A stretch of 64,000 bases of DNA from Botryllus schlosseri (taxonomy: Eukaryota): assembly GCA_051294905.1 (NCBI GenBank), contig CM119372.1, positions 6,202,001-6,266,000 on the forward strand. Direction: 5' to 3'. The translations under genes were made by a program, and so were the position numbers. The notes under the pieces were generated by a model, which saw only the letters and a list, made by a program, of their open reading frames with translations, had not been told where the DNA came from and did no database searches. Each line of letters opens with the position of its first letter. The stretch's first letter is position 1. Positions 27,545 to 41,596 of the stretch are shown here, in pieces.

Positions 27545-28548
27545 CAGTGTTGGGATCAAGTCAATACCTTCGCGACACGAGTCATTTCGAGTCATTGCAC
27601 ATTTTGACTCGAGTCAAGTCAAGTCAATCGATTTTCGAACGTGACTCGAGTCAAGTCAAGTCACTCGATTTTTGGAGATGACTCGAGTCAAGTCGAGTCA
27701 AGTCAAATCAAGTCAAGTCAAGTCAAGTCAAGTCACGAGACAGGTCACAATTCAAGTCAAGTTACCTTTTCCAAGTATGAAGCATGATTACGTCATTGCA
27801 TTTTGGTAGCTGTCTGAAGTACAGGTTGAGTGGTCATTGATTTCGAACCGATGGACGAATATAGAGTTAAATATACACGCAAGAAGGCGCTGTATCGCTC
27901 ACATAAGGCTACGTAGAACTGCTAAACTACGTAAGTAATTGCATAGCCTCAGTTCATAGTTACCATCCAAAATAGAGAATAGAGAAACGAATTGATAGGA
28001 TGCAATGCATTAACCATTTACAAATTGATATGCTACAATTTGAGCCTGCGCTAATTGGTGAGGACTATATGTAAACTATATTCGGATTTAATTTCAATAA
28101 AACAAGAGGTTCGGTTTAGGTAAGAACAGAGAAGAGAAATATACATTTTGCTATTAAATTACTTTATAATGCTAGTTTACTCCAAAGTAAGCTGTAAGCT
28201 TCGACTTAGTTTGCGGTCAATATATTTGTTAGAGTGAGAGAACAATGGAGGCTCAGTAAAACGCACGATCATTGAATGATTGGTCGCTCTCGCGAGTTAC
28301 AGCAGCGTTTCGTGAACAATCCGAACATACGCAAGATACAGTGATTTTTATCGACACCGATTACTTGATGACTTGAAATTGACTCGTGAATTTTGCTCCG
28401 AGTCACGAGTCAATCCACATTTTTGATACGCCGAGTCACGTCAAGTCAAGTCATTTTAGCAAAGTGACTCGAGTCAAGTCAAGTCATACGAAAAAAGGGA
28501 ATCGAGTCTGACTCGAGTCAAGTCATGACTCGAGTCATCCCAACACTG
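27545..28548. mobile_element. hAT-type GACTCGAGTC MITE (full length)
   Basis: TIR CAGTGTTGGGAT; flanks GTTCAGAG/GTAAAGAG (6 of 8 match). Confidence 0.9.
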
Positions 28549-28918
28549 GTAAAGAGTCAGCCTTTTTGGAATGCGCGTATCTTCTGCTGCACCACGGAGA
28601 TTGTAACTGCGAATCGCACCTGTTCAGGCGTGATTTTATAAACTGTATTGGTATATCTATAATGCACTAGCAGCAAAATCTTCCTTGCAAAAGTGGACGA
28701 AGCAAATTAATACTATCATTATCATTGTACACAACAGTGGTGCTTTTAGCCCGTAAGGCTTGGTGCCCCACGACATGACAGACAGTATTTGAACCGATCA
28801 ATGCATTTCTTCTTGTCTTTGACATTTTTTCCACTCTCTCATGCACTCGCTCCTGATTCATCGGGTCTTTTGCTGCCGACTTGTAGCTCGGCTCATTGTG
28901 ATTTCTGGGCTTTTTAAG

Positions 28919-29122
28919 TCATTGCAAGTGCAGTGATTTCGGCGATGAGGAGCAAATGAAGCTTGTGGAAGTGGACTGGAAGTCCTGCCTTCTTACCCTG
29001 CATTCCCCAGCCTTCCTGTCCTTTGTCTTGGAAGGAAATGAATGGAAAGATCTGTTCTTCCACAGTTCATTGCCATTGGTGTTGGTGGCACTGCATTTAT
29101 AAACACAGCAGTATTTCGGCAT
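28919..29122 (-). pseudogene. THAP zinc-finger remnant
   Basis: CxxxxC, FHxFP and ICS motifs are present; the conserved Trp and His are lost. Confidence 0.7.
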
Positions 29123-30268
29123 TATATTTTAGTATAATGTTACGGAATATTGTATTTCCTTTCCTAATAATAATGTTATTGATGCAAAAATAAACATTTA
29201 ACTGTAATCTTGTTGTTTTATACAGTCTACACAGCTATAGGAATATAATGTATTGGCAACTAGGCTTAGCTAAATGCAGCGTCCTCCGTTGCTGCGCCGT
29301 ATCCAAGGCCATTGTCTCTCGACCAATCAGCGTAAAGTTTGGTTTACGGCCGTCTACCTTCCGACCACGAATGCACGAATTTGAAGTATAAATCCTTTTA
29401 AACCAGTTGATGTCCGGTACACAGTATCCCATGGATTCAGTCAATATGTGGTATCATTGCTAGAACGATATTTTCATCCTTTATTTTACTATGTTGCAGA
29501 TGGTGGATCCCAAGTTTTGAAACGTTTCGCAGACGATGAAGCCAGTGCCAACGTCACATGGGATAATATGATTGCTTTTGGTTTAGCCAGTAAGTGCCGT
29601 GATTGGCTATAGATTTCTGTTCTTCTGTAACAAACATTATATCTACCCTCTACTGCTAGAAATCGGTAGTCTTGAACCATATCTCAAATGGCGTAGTACT
29701 TCTAGGATAACTGGAGAATATTCAAAATCAGGTTGATAACAAGCATGTGAACAGAGCCAACTGATATTATGTAGTGACGATAACCAGTGTTTGTACATGA
29801 ATAGATGCAAGAACTGGCCAAAAGGTATTTGTAACATCAGACTGTAAGCGTACATAGGACATCAATTTTTCATAATAATGACGTGTCGTCAAGAAAATTA
29901 ACATTGTGAAGTATCGAAATATTTGAAAAATTTGGACGGGTATTGATGCTTTTACCCTTAGGAGTCCTCGATGTAGTTTTAGGGGGTCCGCGTAAGGGCA
30001 ATACGTCGTCAAGAAACTACAAAACCAGATTATCCTTTGAGAATGACGTCGTGAGTGAAACCTTGACCTTTTTGTCTAACCATCAACTGTCTTATATTAA
30101 TCATGGAATAGCCTTGATAGAGTGACGCTTGATGTGATAACCTTCCAGTCACCGGTACGCGCAACCGCCTACAAAACTTAAAGGGCTCCGCGATCAAATA
30201 CGTTTAAGAGCCCATGCAGTGTGGTGTTATGTTAAAACACTTTGTTAATCAGCAATTGTTTACATCAG

Positions 30269-30412
30269 GCGTAACCGCGGACGAAGCTTGCAATACGTTC
30301 AACGCGTGCGGGAACAAATCAACTTGCACAAGTCGCACGACAATCTTTTTCCTTTGCGAATGCGATCAAAATTTCTCCCCAAACAGAACGACCGTGAACT
30401 TCAATTGTGCAG
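30269..30412 (+). CDS. Gene B exon 2: EGF-like domain (phase 1-1)
   Basis: catcag|GC...GCA G|gtaaac, 144 nt; GVTADEACNTFNACGNKSTCTSRTTIFFLCECDQNFSPNRTTVNFNCA, 6 Cys with C4-x-C5. Confidence 0.82.
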
Positions 30413-33400
30413 GTAAACTCAAGTCATTGTGGAAATGAGCAAAGGTGGTCGAAGCTGTCAGCGTTGCTACCAAAGTAGGCGTAGAAGTAACGTCGTAAAT
30501 CTGTACTCAAGTACAAGTAGAAGTAATGATTTCCAAGATATTTAAGCACCTTTTATGTGGAATTAGAAAATGGTGGTATGACGAGTATTCAGGTAAGTGG
30601 TTTCAAAACACAGAGTTGGTCGTGGGCTTTTAAAATTGCAGGGCTTATCTTGGCGGTTAACGCAATGTCATTAATGGGACTATACAAGCAGCTGCAATTT
30701 TCGACAATATATTCCGTCATCGTGGGGCCATTGAGGCCCACTTGCTATGACAATTTTACTATGACAGGTGACGCAAACTACTCCAAAACTATTTTATACT
30801 TTACAAAATAAGTATAGGTGGAAGTAATCTAAACTTTCAACCAATCGAGTAAGTAGTACGAGTAGTAGCTTACTTATTATAAAAATAGAAGTATTTCGTT
30901 TCTGACCACTTCGGAAAATATGCTTGCAAATTCTTAGACTACAGTGCAAATAGTCGTGCTAGATAAATTCACTTAATTACATTCAATATCGGTAACTAAG
31001 CTCGCAGATAATATAATGTGACAGCCCACCCATTAGGTTTGTATTTGTATTACCTAGTATATGTCATTGAGGTAGTATTTTTATTGCTATGGCGACCAAG
31101 TGTCCGGTAATAAGTACGTTGAATGAACATTGATGGACACGTGACAAAGCATGCGACTTGCTTTCTGAACTGAGCTCCCGAATGGGGGTGAAATTATCGG
31201 ATGTAAACATGGAATGGCAACGACCGATTTTTTTCCTTCGTTCCGCTTCGCTGAGGCTGGGTTCGCGATCACGTTGCTGCAGCGACTATAGGATTTCTGT
31301 ACATCCAATAGCTGGCGTCTGGAGAGAATAATTTATATAGACTGATCTTGATCGAAAGCTAGTGTCGCACTCATTCCGAAAATACAAATTAAAATTCGAT
31401 CAAGGCAGTGTCTTATAGAAGCCTAGAAGTGGGCCGTGTTGCAAGTCGGCAGCTACGGAATTAAAATGAAGAATATCGACCTGGTGTAAATGACCATAGT
31501 ATACCAATATAGTAGACAAACACCATATATACAACAAAAATAAACAAGGCACTAAATGACTTGAGAATCACACAAAATCGCCTTCAGCATCTAAAATCTG
31601 CACAGTTCAGGACAATCATATGGGGCGAAACAATGACCATAACAATGATCGGCGCTCCGATTATCCGGATATTGCCAGTATTTCAGAGTTTGCGGGCAAA
31701 TTCGGTGTGGTTCCGTTCCAGTGCCCTGATCAGATTTTTATTTATATGTCCGGAATCAGTGCGATGGTAAAGTTTCTGTGCTCTGGATTCCAGTTATAAG
31801 ATTGCCAGAAACCCCATATTCGCTCTTCGGTGCCATGAGGCAATCCAGCTTTAGCGAAATTGAACGAAACCAAAAACATGGTCGTTGCCATTCCATGTTC
31901 ACATCCGATAGTGAAGTGGTTCCAAACCGTATGTACGCGTACCACTAGTAGTACGCTCACGAGGCTCACGAGACGATTTTGTTAGCTCTGCGACAGCCTC
32001 TCGACGAAATTGCTACTAAGCAGGAAAACGTCAAGCCGAATTCAGCACAAGGCCGCTAGTGAAATTGTTTAACTTTTTAAGCCAACATATGAGCTTACGT
32101 GAAAAACAAATCGTACCAAATTCAATGATTCAACTCAAGTCCATAGCAAGCGGACTTGGTGATTTATTATTCGTCAGCGGCTACCCGAACGGTCAAAAAC
32201 AGGTCAAATTTGACTGTACTTTACCAAAGTTTAGTGCGCATTCGCCATAGTTCGGACATATCTGAATATGTTTGGCCATTAATTGCTCAGTCAACAAATG
32301 GTTGCACGTTAAAAAGCACATTTTTTTAGTCACAGGCAACTTTTTCATAGGGGGGGGATTTTAGCTCTAATATCGGCCAAGGGGGGCACGAGACGAAAAA
32401 GGTTGGGAACTGCTGCACTACAGAAATCATATGCTGCGCCTTTAAATGGGCAGTTCATTTTCTGTCTCGCTGCCTTCGGCAGCTCAACACGGTGGGGACA
32501 TTTTTGACCGCCTTCATCGCGCGTAACATATGTAAGTGGTACGCGAGCACTGCATAAAACCTCGAAATGGTACGTGGGTGGAAGAAGGTTGGGAACCACT
32601 GCGATAGTGGAATAAAGCTCTCTGAAAATGGTTTGTTGTATCTCTAGTCGTCTACAATATTATGAAGCCTTCCACAACAGATTTCATCAATACGATCTCA
32701 TAATACAGTGTAAATGCTAGATAAATGCACTGACGATCGCTCCCTCGATATCTTTCAATTCACGTAGGACAGTGCTTGTCAACCTTTTTGAGCTCCATTC
32801 ACACTTTTTTTGGGGAAAATAAATTTCATTCGCAAAAGCCAACCGAAAGTTATTATACAAAAAGAAGATACAGATACTTGAGAACAATTTGTTCTGGTGT
32901 GCAACAAATTGGCTGCTAGCTTAGGCCCGCAAGTGTCTCATCAAAAAGTCAACTCTTTATCTCGTTTTGATTTCAACTATTTCACGAAAACCCCCTCTCG
33001 CGTCAAAATTTATAAACGTCAAAATAATTTTTTTTTTTGCCTTTGGTGAGACGGACGGGTTGGTGAGGGCTAACGTAAAAGTTGGGTTTAGGGCAGGGGT
33101 GGGCAATTATTTTTCTCCGCGGGCCAAATGAGAAGCAGAAATATGTTGGTGGGCCGAGTAAGAAATTTTGGAATATCCAGCGTATTGATTTTATTTCTAA
33201 ATTGAAGCAGTGAACTGCACGAATTGGTGCTCCGTGACTGCACGAATTGGTGCTCCGTGGATGTGTTGATGTTGGGAATGACAAAGGGACGGCCGGGGCC
33301 TACGATACTTAACTATCGTAGGCCCCGTGACGGCTAATTACCCATCATATTTTTATTTGCCGTCATATTTTGAAACAATGTTAAACATGATACGTTTTGA

Positions 33401-34469
33401 ACTCTCTTTAAACCCGTATCCGCGCTTTTCTATCAATAAATTAAAATGCATTAGGAATGGCCGAAACAACCCGTCGTCATCCCCCAATCGTTGGTTGCGC
33501 CCCCCCTCCCCCATAGAGGTATAAACCAAGCTCCTGGTGGCTTCCCCCCAGACAAGCCCCCATCGAGATGAACGATACACGAGATGTCTTGTATACACTA
33601 ATTGGCAACGTTTGTACCCGAATCGCGCTAATTGCGGCATTTTTTCATGATTCATGATCCAATCGGTCAATAATATAGGTAAATGCAAATATATTGCTAT
33701 ATTTTTTAACCTCTCTCGGCCCACGTAGTGGCCTACTCAGTTTTACCGCTGGAGCTGAGTGAGGTACTGTCTTGGAAATATTCGGAAGGGCCCGTTGGTA
33801 TAATTACTTCGTTACATGTTGTTATTTCGTGACTTCCCGTCTGCTATGTGATGACATATTGAAATCGCCAAAGCGTACCAAACTAAAAAGATGCACCCGA
33901 TTCCCGATTAGTATTTCTTCACTGGCAAATATTGCCTATGGACAATTGGACTTCGTGGTTTTCAGTCAACATAAGGGCAGTCCTTTTCGGCCAAGGTTTT
34001 CTCGCTCACAACCGTATCATACGTTGCTTCAACTTAATTTCAGTTTTTTTTTCGCTTTCCCATTTTCTGTCCCGCGAATAAATAAGAAGACCCAAGAAAG
34101 TCACGACACCGTGTATTCGGCTCTTTAGCTTAATCCAAATTAAAAGTTCATAACAGTTCGAAAACCTTCAATAACCAGCTTCCTATAGACCACGACAAGT
34201 CACCCCGAATCGCGCCACACGTGAGTAAAATGTTCAAGATTGTAATCATTCAAAGATTTAGGAACCAATTCGCTAATTCAAATTGAATATTGACGGTCGC
34301 AAACACACGCTAATTTATTATGTGTTGAGCGCCTCATAATTATTGTTTAACTGCTGCACGCAACGTCTGCAGGTTGGCCACGTCTGGCCTGTTAAAATAA
34401 GGATGAATTGGCTGCAGCGTATTTGTAATGCTAAATACTATCCAGGACTTGAGATTACCGGACCACCAT

Positions 34470-35086
34470 TAGGGCTGTTCAAAAATAACTTTTTCTTCCC
34501 GATTCAAGCCGTTCACCTCTTAAATCGTCAGGTTGCAGTAGAAAACCTTGCTCACCAAATTTCACTCGATTCCAATCAGTAAAGGCATCCGCAGATCCAA
34601 TTAAAATTTTTAATTTATTATGGAAAATAAAAAAATAAAATTTCCAAATTTTTCTGCCAACCCCATGAAATTGTTGAGCTGTCTTCAAAGACGTTGCAAA
34701 ACAAATTTGAGTCAATTCCGACCAGTAGAAGCAGAGTTATGTGAGTTTTTCGATGATAATCCTCGGATTATCCTTGATTGGTGAATAATCCGCGATTTAT
34801 CAACGAAAAACTCACATAACTCCGCTTCTACTGGTCGGAATTGACTCAAATTTGTTTTGCAACGTCTTTGAAGACGGCTCAACAATTTCATGGGGTTGGC
34901 AGAAAAATTTGGAATTTTTTTTTTTTAATTTTCCATAATAAATTAAAAATTTTAATTGGATCTGCGGATGCCTTTACTGATTGGAATCGAGTGAAATTCG
35001 GTGAGCAAGGTTTTCTACTGCAACCTGACGATTTAAGAGGTGAACGGCTTGAATCGGGAAGAAAAAGTTATTTTTGAACAGCCCTA
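34470..35086. mobile_element. Young foldback hAT-type MITE
   Basis: About 290-bp near-perfect inverted arms starting TAGGGCTGTTCAAAAA; perfect TSD ACCACCAT; explains the mirror ORFs 34479-34715 and 34841-35077. Confidence 0.95.
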
Positions 35087-38000
35087 ACCACCATCTATCA
35101 CAATGCTTCTCAAACTCTACGCCGCCGAGACACCCTGCCAAGCCCCTGCAATTATGTACACAGTGTTATTTATAAGTATCTCGCAGAAGTAGTAATTTAT
35201 TATTTCTGGGCTCTCGCGGCGGTTTCCTCGAGAATCATTATAGACAGATATCGCAAGCTGAACATATGTCAACTCCATCATGTTCTACTCCAAAAGGAAT
35301 CAATAAATCCATTACTAACGTTGAAATGATGAGTTAAAGCATTTGCTTATGGCATCACAAAAGGAATGTTACTTACAGCTGATATGAAGATTGTACGATG
35401 TTGCACACCCGGTCAATGTTCTGAAACATAAACTTGCCCGTTTATTGTTAGAGCTAGTCATTGATATATTTATTGCGGATCTGGTACACCCCAGTATACG
35501 TCATCTGAGTGGTACACCCTTTCACAATTATGGTACACCCCAGGGTATACGAAACACCCGGTTGAAGAGCCCTGGTCTACTCAGATTGCAAGAACGGGAC
35601 TATTCGGTGCCAACTGTCGGCAACGGAGCATATCCATATCCAGCAACAGTGATTTTTGGCCAAGGTTTTGTCGCCGTTGATGTTTTTGGCGCAGCATTTT
35701 ATCAGCGTTATGTTGACCTCAAAATGAATGTGTCTCATAGACCTAAAATTGCTCGCTATACACCCCTACACTAGTTCATCCCAACGGTCTTCAACCCTAT
35801 TTTCCGGAAAAACCAGTCGGACAAATCTTACAATGAATTCAAACGAAAGTTCGGCAGATTCTCATGATCAAGCCATATTTTATGTGTGTCTTGCTTATTG
35901 GCTACATATAGTATCAAACGCAGTGACCTTGGATACGTGAAAACTATCGCAGGATTTTTTGCAATAATTCAAGAAATACTACATACATATTAACAAATTG
36001 CTCTGGCACCGTGTCGACCCAAAATTATACCCTTTGCGGCCCATACTTTAATAACCCTTGAAAATGTAAAAATTGGCGTGACAGTAACTTGCAAATGAGA
36101 GTCTTTAATGATGGTATTTACTACTATTCTCGTGCATCGCGCTAATCGAACTGTTATTACGAACATATGATGAATCTTCAGCAAAATAAAGCAGAAAGTC
36201 AATTTGACGTCATTTTCTTCAGTCTGTCCCGGCTACGACGGGCTGATGTACTGTATGTCTCCCCCTACACCGGCTTTCAAACCAGGCTTTTTGGTTACGA
36301 AACAATTGTAGTACGAAAATATTAATTCACTATACGGCTTGTTAGAGACAAAGTTATTTTCAAAGCTACGAATTGCGGTGCGTCGTAATTCATACAAGTA
36401 TTTATAATTGCGTCGCAACTACAGAAGTTAGGGAGACACTGCCTTGAATTTCTTATTAGGTTCATTTGAATTAATCCACGTCGGAAAAATTACCAATTAT
36501 TTACGGTTTTCATCCGCACTCATCCGGATATTCTTTCGCACCACCTTCGCCATTCTCACTGCGAATTTTTCATTCGCACAAGTGCGTACCATCCCACAGG
36601 TTGAAAAGCACTGGAGTAGACAAGACTATAAGGCCAATCATATTATCACATTTATTTGGTAACACAGGTTACCAAGTGTACCATATTTTCCACTCAAATG
36701 ATATATAACACGTGAACAAATAAAATATAGTTCGACTGGATTTGGGCATAAGCTCTCTTGACCTATATCAGCACCAAGGCATCAAGCTAGTGATGTTCTA
36801 GTGCAGAACTGCATCTCAGCTCATCTGTACAAATGATACTCTGTTAGTCCGCTACAACGTTTTTCGAAACGTTTTTTTGGATTCTTTGACTAGATTTTCC
36901 GATATAGTCGGATAGTTGGGGGATATTCTTGTGCATGATGTTCTCCGAAACATATACACGACTGGGTAAAGTGCGGTTACAAAAAGATCGCTGATTGGCT
37001 AAAACCTTCGATAGTGATATGTCGGGCCGTCGACAAGGTCGGCACCCAATATTCCCATCGTTGCAATCTGAGCCCCGCAGTGCTAATGCGACCCACAGAG
37101 AAAATAATGCACCCAAATTTGTGATCGTGTGCATCACACGGCATGTTTCATAGAATTGCGTTGCCAGCAACTGATGGGTTGTCTGTGCGTCTTCTATGTC
37201 ATATATGACATGAAGACGAAGCATACTGACATAAAAAATGCATCCCATTTGACTTGTGAAGCTTGCATCGCGAGATCCAACTATAAAACTCTAATTTGGG
37301 TAGCGGTATATAGTCGGATAGTTGGGTGATATTCTTCCGATTCGGACGGATTATTTCACAGACACTCAACCTGTCGGACGGATTTGAATTCTCAAAAATC
37401 AAGATCCACTCATCGCTGCGCACAATACGTCGCATGAGTTATGAGTTAAACTGGATGCCGACAAGTTGCGTGATAATTCAGGAATACGGGCGCTCCAAGC
37501 TAAATGACTGTCACGGAGAACTGGCTCACGAATTGCTGTGAGCACGAGAACGTGGCGCTTAACAAACAACTCATTTTAGACGATGAGAACGTGTATTTGC
37601 TCGTCTAATCGTGAGAAGACAAGGTAGCAACCATATTGTTACAAAACTGTAACATTCAGAAATCCTACACAACTCATCTGAAATAGCGTCGCGACTCACC
37701 GGTTGGGAAACACTGATTTAGGACACTATAAAGGTGATAATAATCATTCAGTTAGTAGGCTACCGTGTCTCGCTAGCCTCGATCGCTTAAGTTCATGAAA
37801 GGCGTCGTCAGGTATCCGCACGTATCGTGCGCAGCTCATAGTTCAAAATGCAATTGACCATGATACTTTCGTTGCATTTGTATTTCTTTGCTGAAATATT
37901 ATTACTTTTGTGGTAACTATGCCCGTCTCCCATGTTAGAAAGCACAGCGTTGTGCTGACGTGGTTGCTGTACGGGCCCGCGGCCTCTGCCAAATTTGAAC

Positions 38001-38160
38001 AAGTGGCTTGCGAACCGTTTTGAGTTGGCGACCCCTGATTTATATTGACATCTAGAAACCTAGGTATGTTGATGTTTAATAATCATTACTTCATTAGCGT
38101 GAAACGACAAATTTGCATGGAGCTCGGACTAATTGGAAAATATCCTTACTCTATTTATAG

Positions 38161-38367
38161 TTACAAAATGTGGTAAACCGCCGAATTTTCAAAATGGCAA
38201 GTTTGGCGATGGATGCTCCTCTGATAGTGCGGTAAATACAACATGCATCATAACCTGTAACGATGGATATCATCGGAATGGAGATAACACGGCAACATGT
38301 ATTGATTCCGACTTGGCGAGTAATAGCAATGCAACTGGAGAATGGAACTATGACATTACATGTACTC
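38161..38367 (+). CDS. Gene B exon 3: six-Cys sushi/CCP domain (phase 1-1)
   Basis: tttatag|TT ACA AAA TGT...ACT C|gtaagt, 207 nt; CGKPPNFQNG...C...C..TCNDGY...C...GEWNYDITC. Confidence 0.9.
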
Positions 38368-38712
38368 GTAAGTTGCCTGTATACAGACTATATTACGACT
38401 AAAGTTCAGATGTTGCAAGAATGATTGCATTTTTTATTTGCTACACTTATATTCATGTCATTGAAATTGGGTCAATATACTAATCAAATTTTATGAAAAG
38501 TCGCATTGTTTGTTTACTTTCCACACAGCAAACCTCTGTCACATCTGTCTCAATTAGCCTCCGTTTCTTCTTGACGTTTCTCCTCGAGAACAGCACATCT
38601 GTGTTCTAAGCTGTGTCAAATACACCAATGAATCAGAAAATCAAGTCAGACTGGAAAAGTAGCATATCTACAACTTTCAAATTTTAATCTTATACTGAAA
38701 TGTTTTTCATAG

Positions 38713-38922
38713 CCATTACTTGCAAGACATCTCCAAATGTGCCGAACGGGTTTATAGCAGATGGATGTGGCAGTGGAAGCGAATACAGTGACACATGTGA
38801 AATAACCTGTTATGAGGGTTACTATAATAGCGGGGAGGAAAAGATCACATGTGTCGATGAGCCTGGGCCAGATGACACAAACAAAGAAGGCGAATGGAAT
38901 TACGGGGACACAAACTGTACAG
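38713..38922 (+). CDS. Gene B exon 4: six-Cys sushi/CCP domain (phase 1-1)
   Basis: tttcatag|CC ATT ACT TGC...ACA G|gtatta, 210 nt; CKTSPNVPNG...CEITCYEGY...C...GEWNYGDTNC. Confidence 0.9.
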
Positions 38923-39006
38923 GTATTAACTACGCATACAAGGGTCTGTAATCTCATGTTCACACATCTCATACACTCTGCCCAATACACCCTCATTGCT
39001 ACATAG

Positions 39007-40491
39007 CAGAGTTGCATCAGTTGTAATTTGTAATTGAGCTAAATGTAATTAATTACATTTTTTCATGCATTTGTATTTGTAATTGTAATTGTAATTGAAG
39101 CATTTCTGTTTTGTGTAATTGTAATTGTAATTGTAATTTGATAAAAATTTTGCTCAATTACAGTTTCAATTAAATTGTTATGGAAACCTGACAATCACAA
39201 CATAAAATAGTCAATCAATCATTTATTCGTCACACCAGTGAAAATGCGGTACGGACCAGGATGACGACGAGGGGCCGCAACCCGCAAGGCCTTAAGGCCT
39301 TAGTACACAGTCGCCACCTGTAATAGTATGCCTATTTGCATCGGTGTTCTGTTTCCATACTTCAGTGGCAACAGAAAACTTTGTGAATTATAATATAGGC
39401 TAAACCAGTGGTTCTCAAACTGGGGGGCGTGCCCTCCATGGGCGGCGTGAAAGCATCTGAAGGGGGGCGCGAAGCTCCGGTAAACTGAAATTTTTTCCGC
39501 GCTTAGCGCGATTGACCTCCATTTCATAGTTATTGCTCTGTGTATAGTCCGAATTTCATATTGGAGAATTCTCTCATCAACAGTCATAACCTTCCATACC
39601 ATCAAACCATCTGTAAGGATTGCTAACATTCTGGTTTCATTGTGTGATATGACGATAAGGGGGGCACGAACTATTTCACTGTCATAAAGAGGGGCGTGTC
39701 TGAAAAAGTTAAAGACCCAGTGGGCTAAACTAAATCTTAATATTTCAAAAAAGGATGATCAGCAAATAAACTCTTCTGAAACCTGTGCTGAACCATTTCC
39801 TACGCCACAGTCAAGAGTTTTTTTTTAAATCTCTGACCAGTACCGAGGCTTGCTGCAACAATTGCAAAAAGAAATTTAAGTTTCCAACCAAGGCTTTATC
39901 AAATTTGATCACGCATCTGTAGATATGTTACCCCAATCTAAACTTTTCGCACCCTAATGTTCATCAAATGCAATCTAACAGTTTCTGAGCAAGTGAAAAC
40001 GTAAATGCGAACCAAAATGTTGTAATTTGTAGTTATCAGGAGGTTCTTTCCTTTTGCATTTATTTTAATTTTACACACCTTATCGGTATCATCTTTATCG
40101 CTGACGCCTTACCAATTACATTTCATTATCCTCATTCAGCTAGCCTAATCGTTTGATTGCATTTCATTGACTGTGCTGTAGCCTATTCGCTGTTAGTCGC
40201 TCAAACTTTTGGTTGTTATCAGTCGCTTCAAATTTTCAAGTTGAAACATTTTTCTGTGTTTGTAGTTTTCAGTACTCATGATTAGGAATAGTTCGAATAC
40301 GTTCGAGTTTTTTTTTTAATTAAAGGGTATTCTACGTATCATGATTGAAACATGAATAGCTTGAGATTGTTGCTAATTACGTCGCTACGGTTGTTGAAGA
40401 ACACCACCTCTCTACCGAGTCAATTACATGTTTACAGTTATTGTAATTGCAATTGTAATTGAACTGAATTATTGTAATTGATCCAACTCTG
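39007..40491. mobile_element. hAT-type element with (TGTAAT)n subterminal repeats and a nested MITE (39406-39722)
   Basis: TIRs CAGAGTTG...CAACTCTG, TSD CTACATAG/CTACCTAG; the nested element has perfect TSD GGCTAAAC. Confidence 0.85.
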
Positions 40492-41596
40492 CTACCTAGC
40501 ACTACCTATCCTATGTATAATATACATGAAAGGTGACTGACCATACTAAACTTGAATATGACTTTTTGAGCTACATTCATAGCGGTTTACAATTACTAAC
40601 GCATTTTAAAACAAACTTGTTCAAAACATGGCCCTTGTTTAAAACATATTTTTCTGTTATATTTTCATCATGACGTCGCAAATCTTTAATTGTGTCGTCA
40701 CAATGCATTGACATTGACAATTGAAAATATAGGGAAATATTACGGATGGTGTAAACGTGAGGTTCACGGTCGCGTTCGGTGTGTCAACCTCAGAAAACTA
40801 GAGGTTCGCGATCGGAAACGAACCTTGGTAGATTCTACACTGTGAACCCTTTTCATATAATAAATTTTCACGTCATTATAACATCTTGGCTTGAAATAAT
40901 TTCACACTCTGCATAGTGCTGGCAGATTGAAAGGAATTTCGGCTCTAAACGGACAGTCGAACATGCATCTTATTTCCCTTTTCAAAAATTATATTTGCTC
41001 CATTAGAAAAGTTGGCCCGAAATATTCAGGTTTCCGTTTCTGAACATTTAGTGACAATCTGCTGTGAACTTGGCCCACAATGAATGTTATATCAATTCAT
41101 TGACATCAGCAAAATTTACACAAAGAATTCATCGTTGTCTAATATAAAAAGTATTGCTGATGCACGGGATCTATCTTTATTTGGTATGCTTATTGCATAA
41201 TAAAACCCAAATCTTCTCCGGGTTTTGGCTACTGTAAAACGTAATTTTGTGGTAACATCTGCAAGTCTTGCAAGTCCTCGTGGAAATTGTTGGCAAATTT
41301 TATGGATTTTAAGGAATTGTGATAACATTGATTGTTCCGTTTGATACGTTTCGTGATGCTCAAAAATTCAGCTTTTTTCAGCATTGTGGCATAATGTGGC
41401 CTGTACATTCGCCAGGTATCATGTACGTACACCAATATATTACTTCGCGTAAATGTAGGGTTAGAGTTGGCAATATGACGTCACGTCACATGACACATGT
41501 ATTCACGTCTATTGTATATTGATATTTCATTGCCATGAAATATCTAATTAGCATGGTGCTCGGACTAATTGGAAAATGTCCTTACTGTGTTTATAG

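Larger units (their letters stand above)
26446..29358. mobile_element. Inverted pair of THAP-domain transposon 5' fragments
   Basis: About 26446-26820 is an imperfect reverse complement of about 28985-29358; the minus arm encodes MPKYCCVYKC...SFHSFP...FICS and the plus arm is a frameshifted copy. Confidence 0.75.

Noticed and set aside
29740..29845. Cys-rich frame ACEQSQLILCSDDNQCLYMNRCKNWPKGIC as an extra gene B exon
   Set aside because: It is preceded by in-frame TGA TAA with only a weak acceptor, and the strong GTAAGC donor is in the wrong phase; unsupported without transcripts.
34479..35077. Two near-identical 78-aa ORFs on opposite strands
   Set aside because: They are a by-product of the palindromic MITE.
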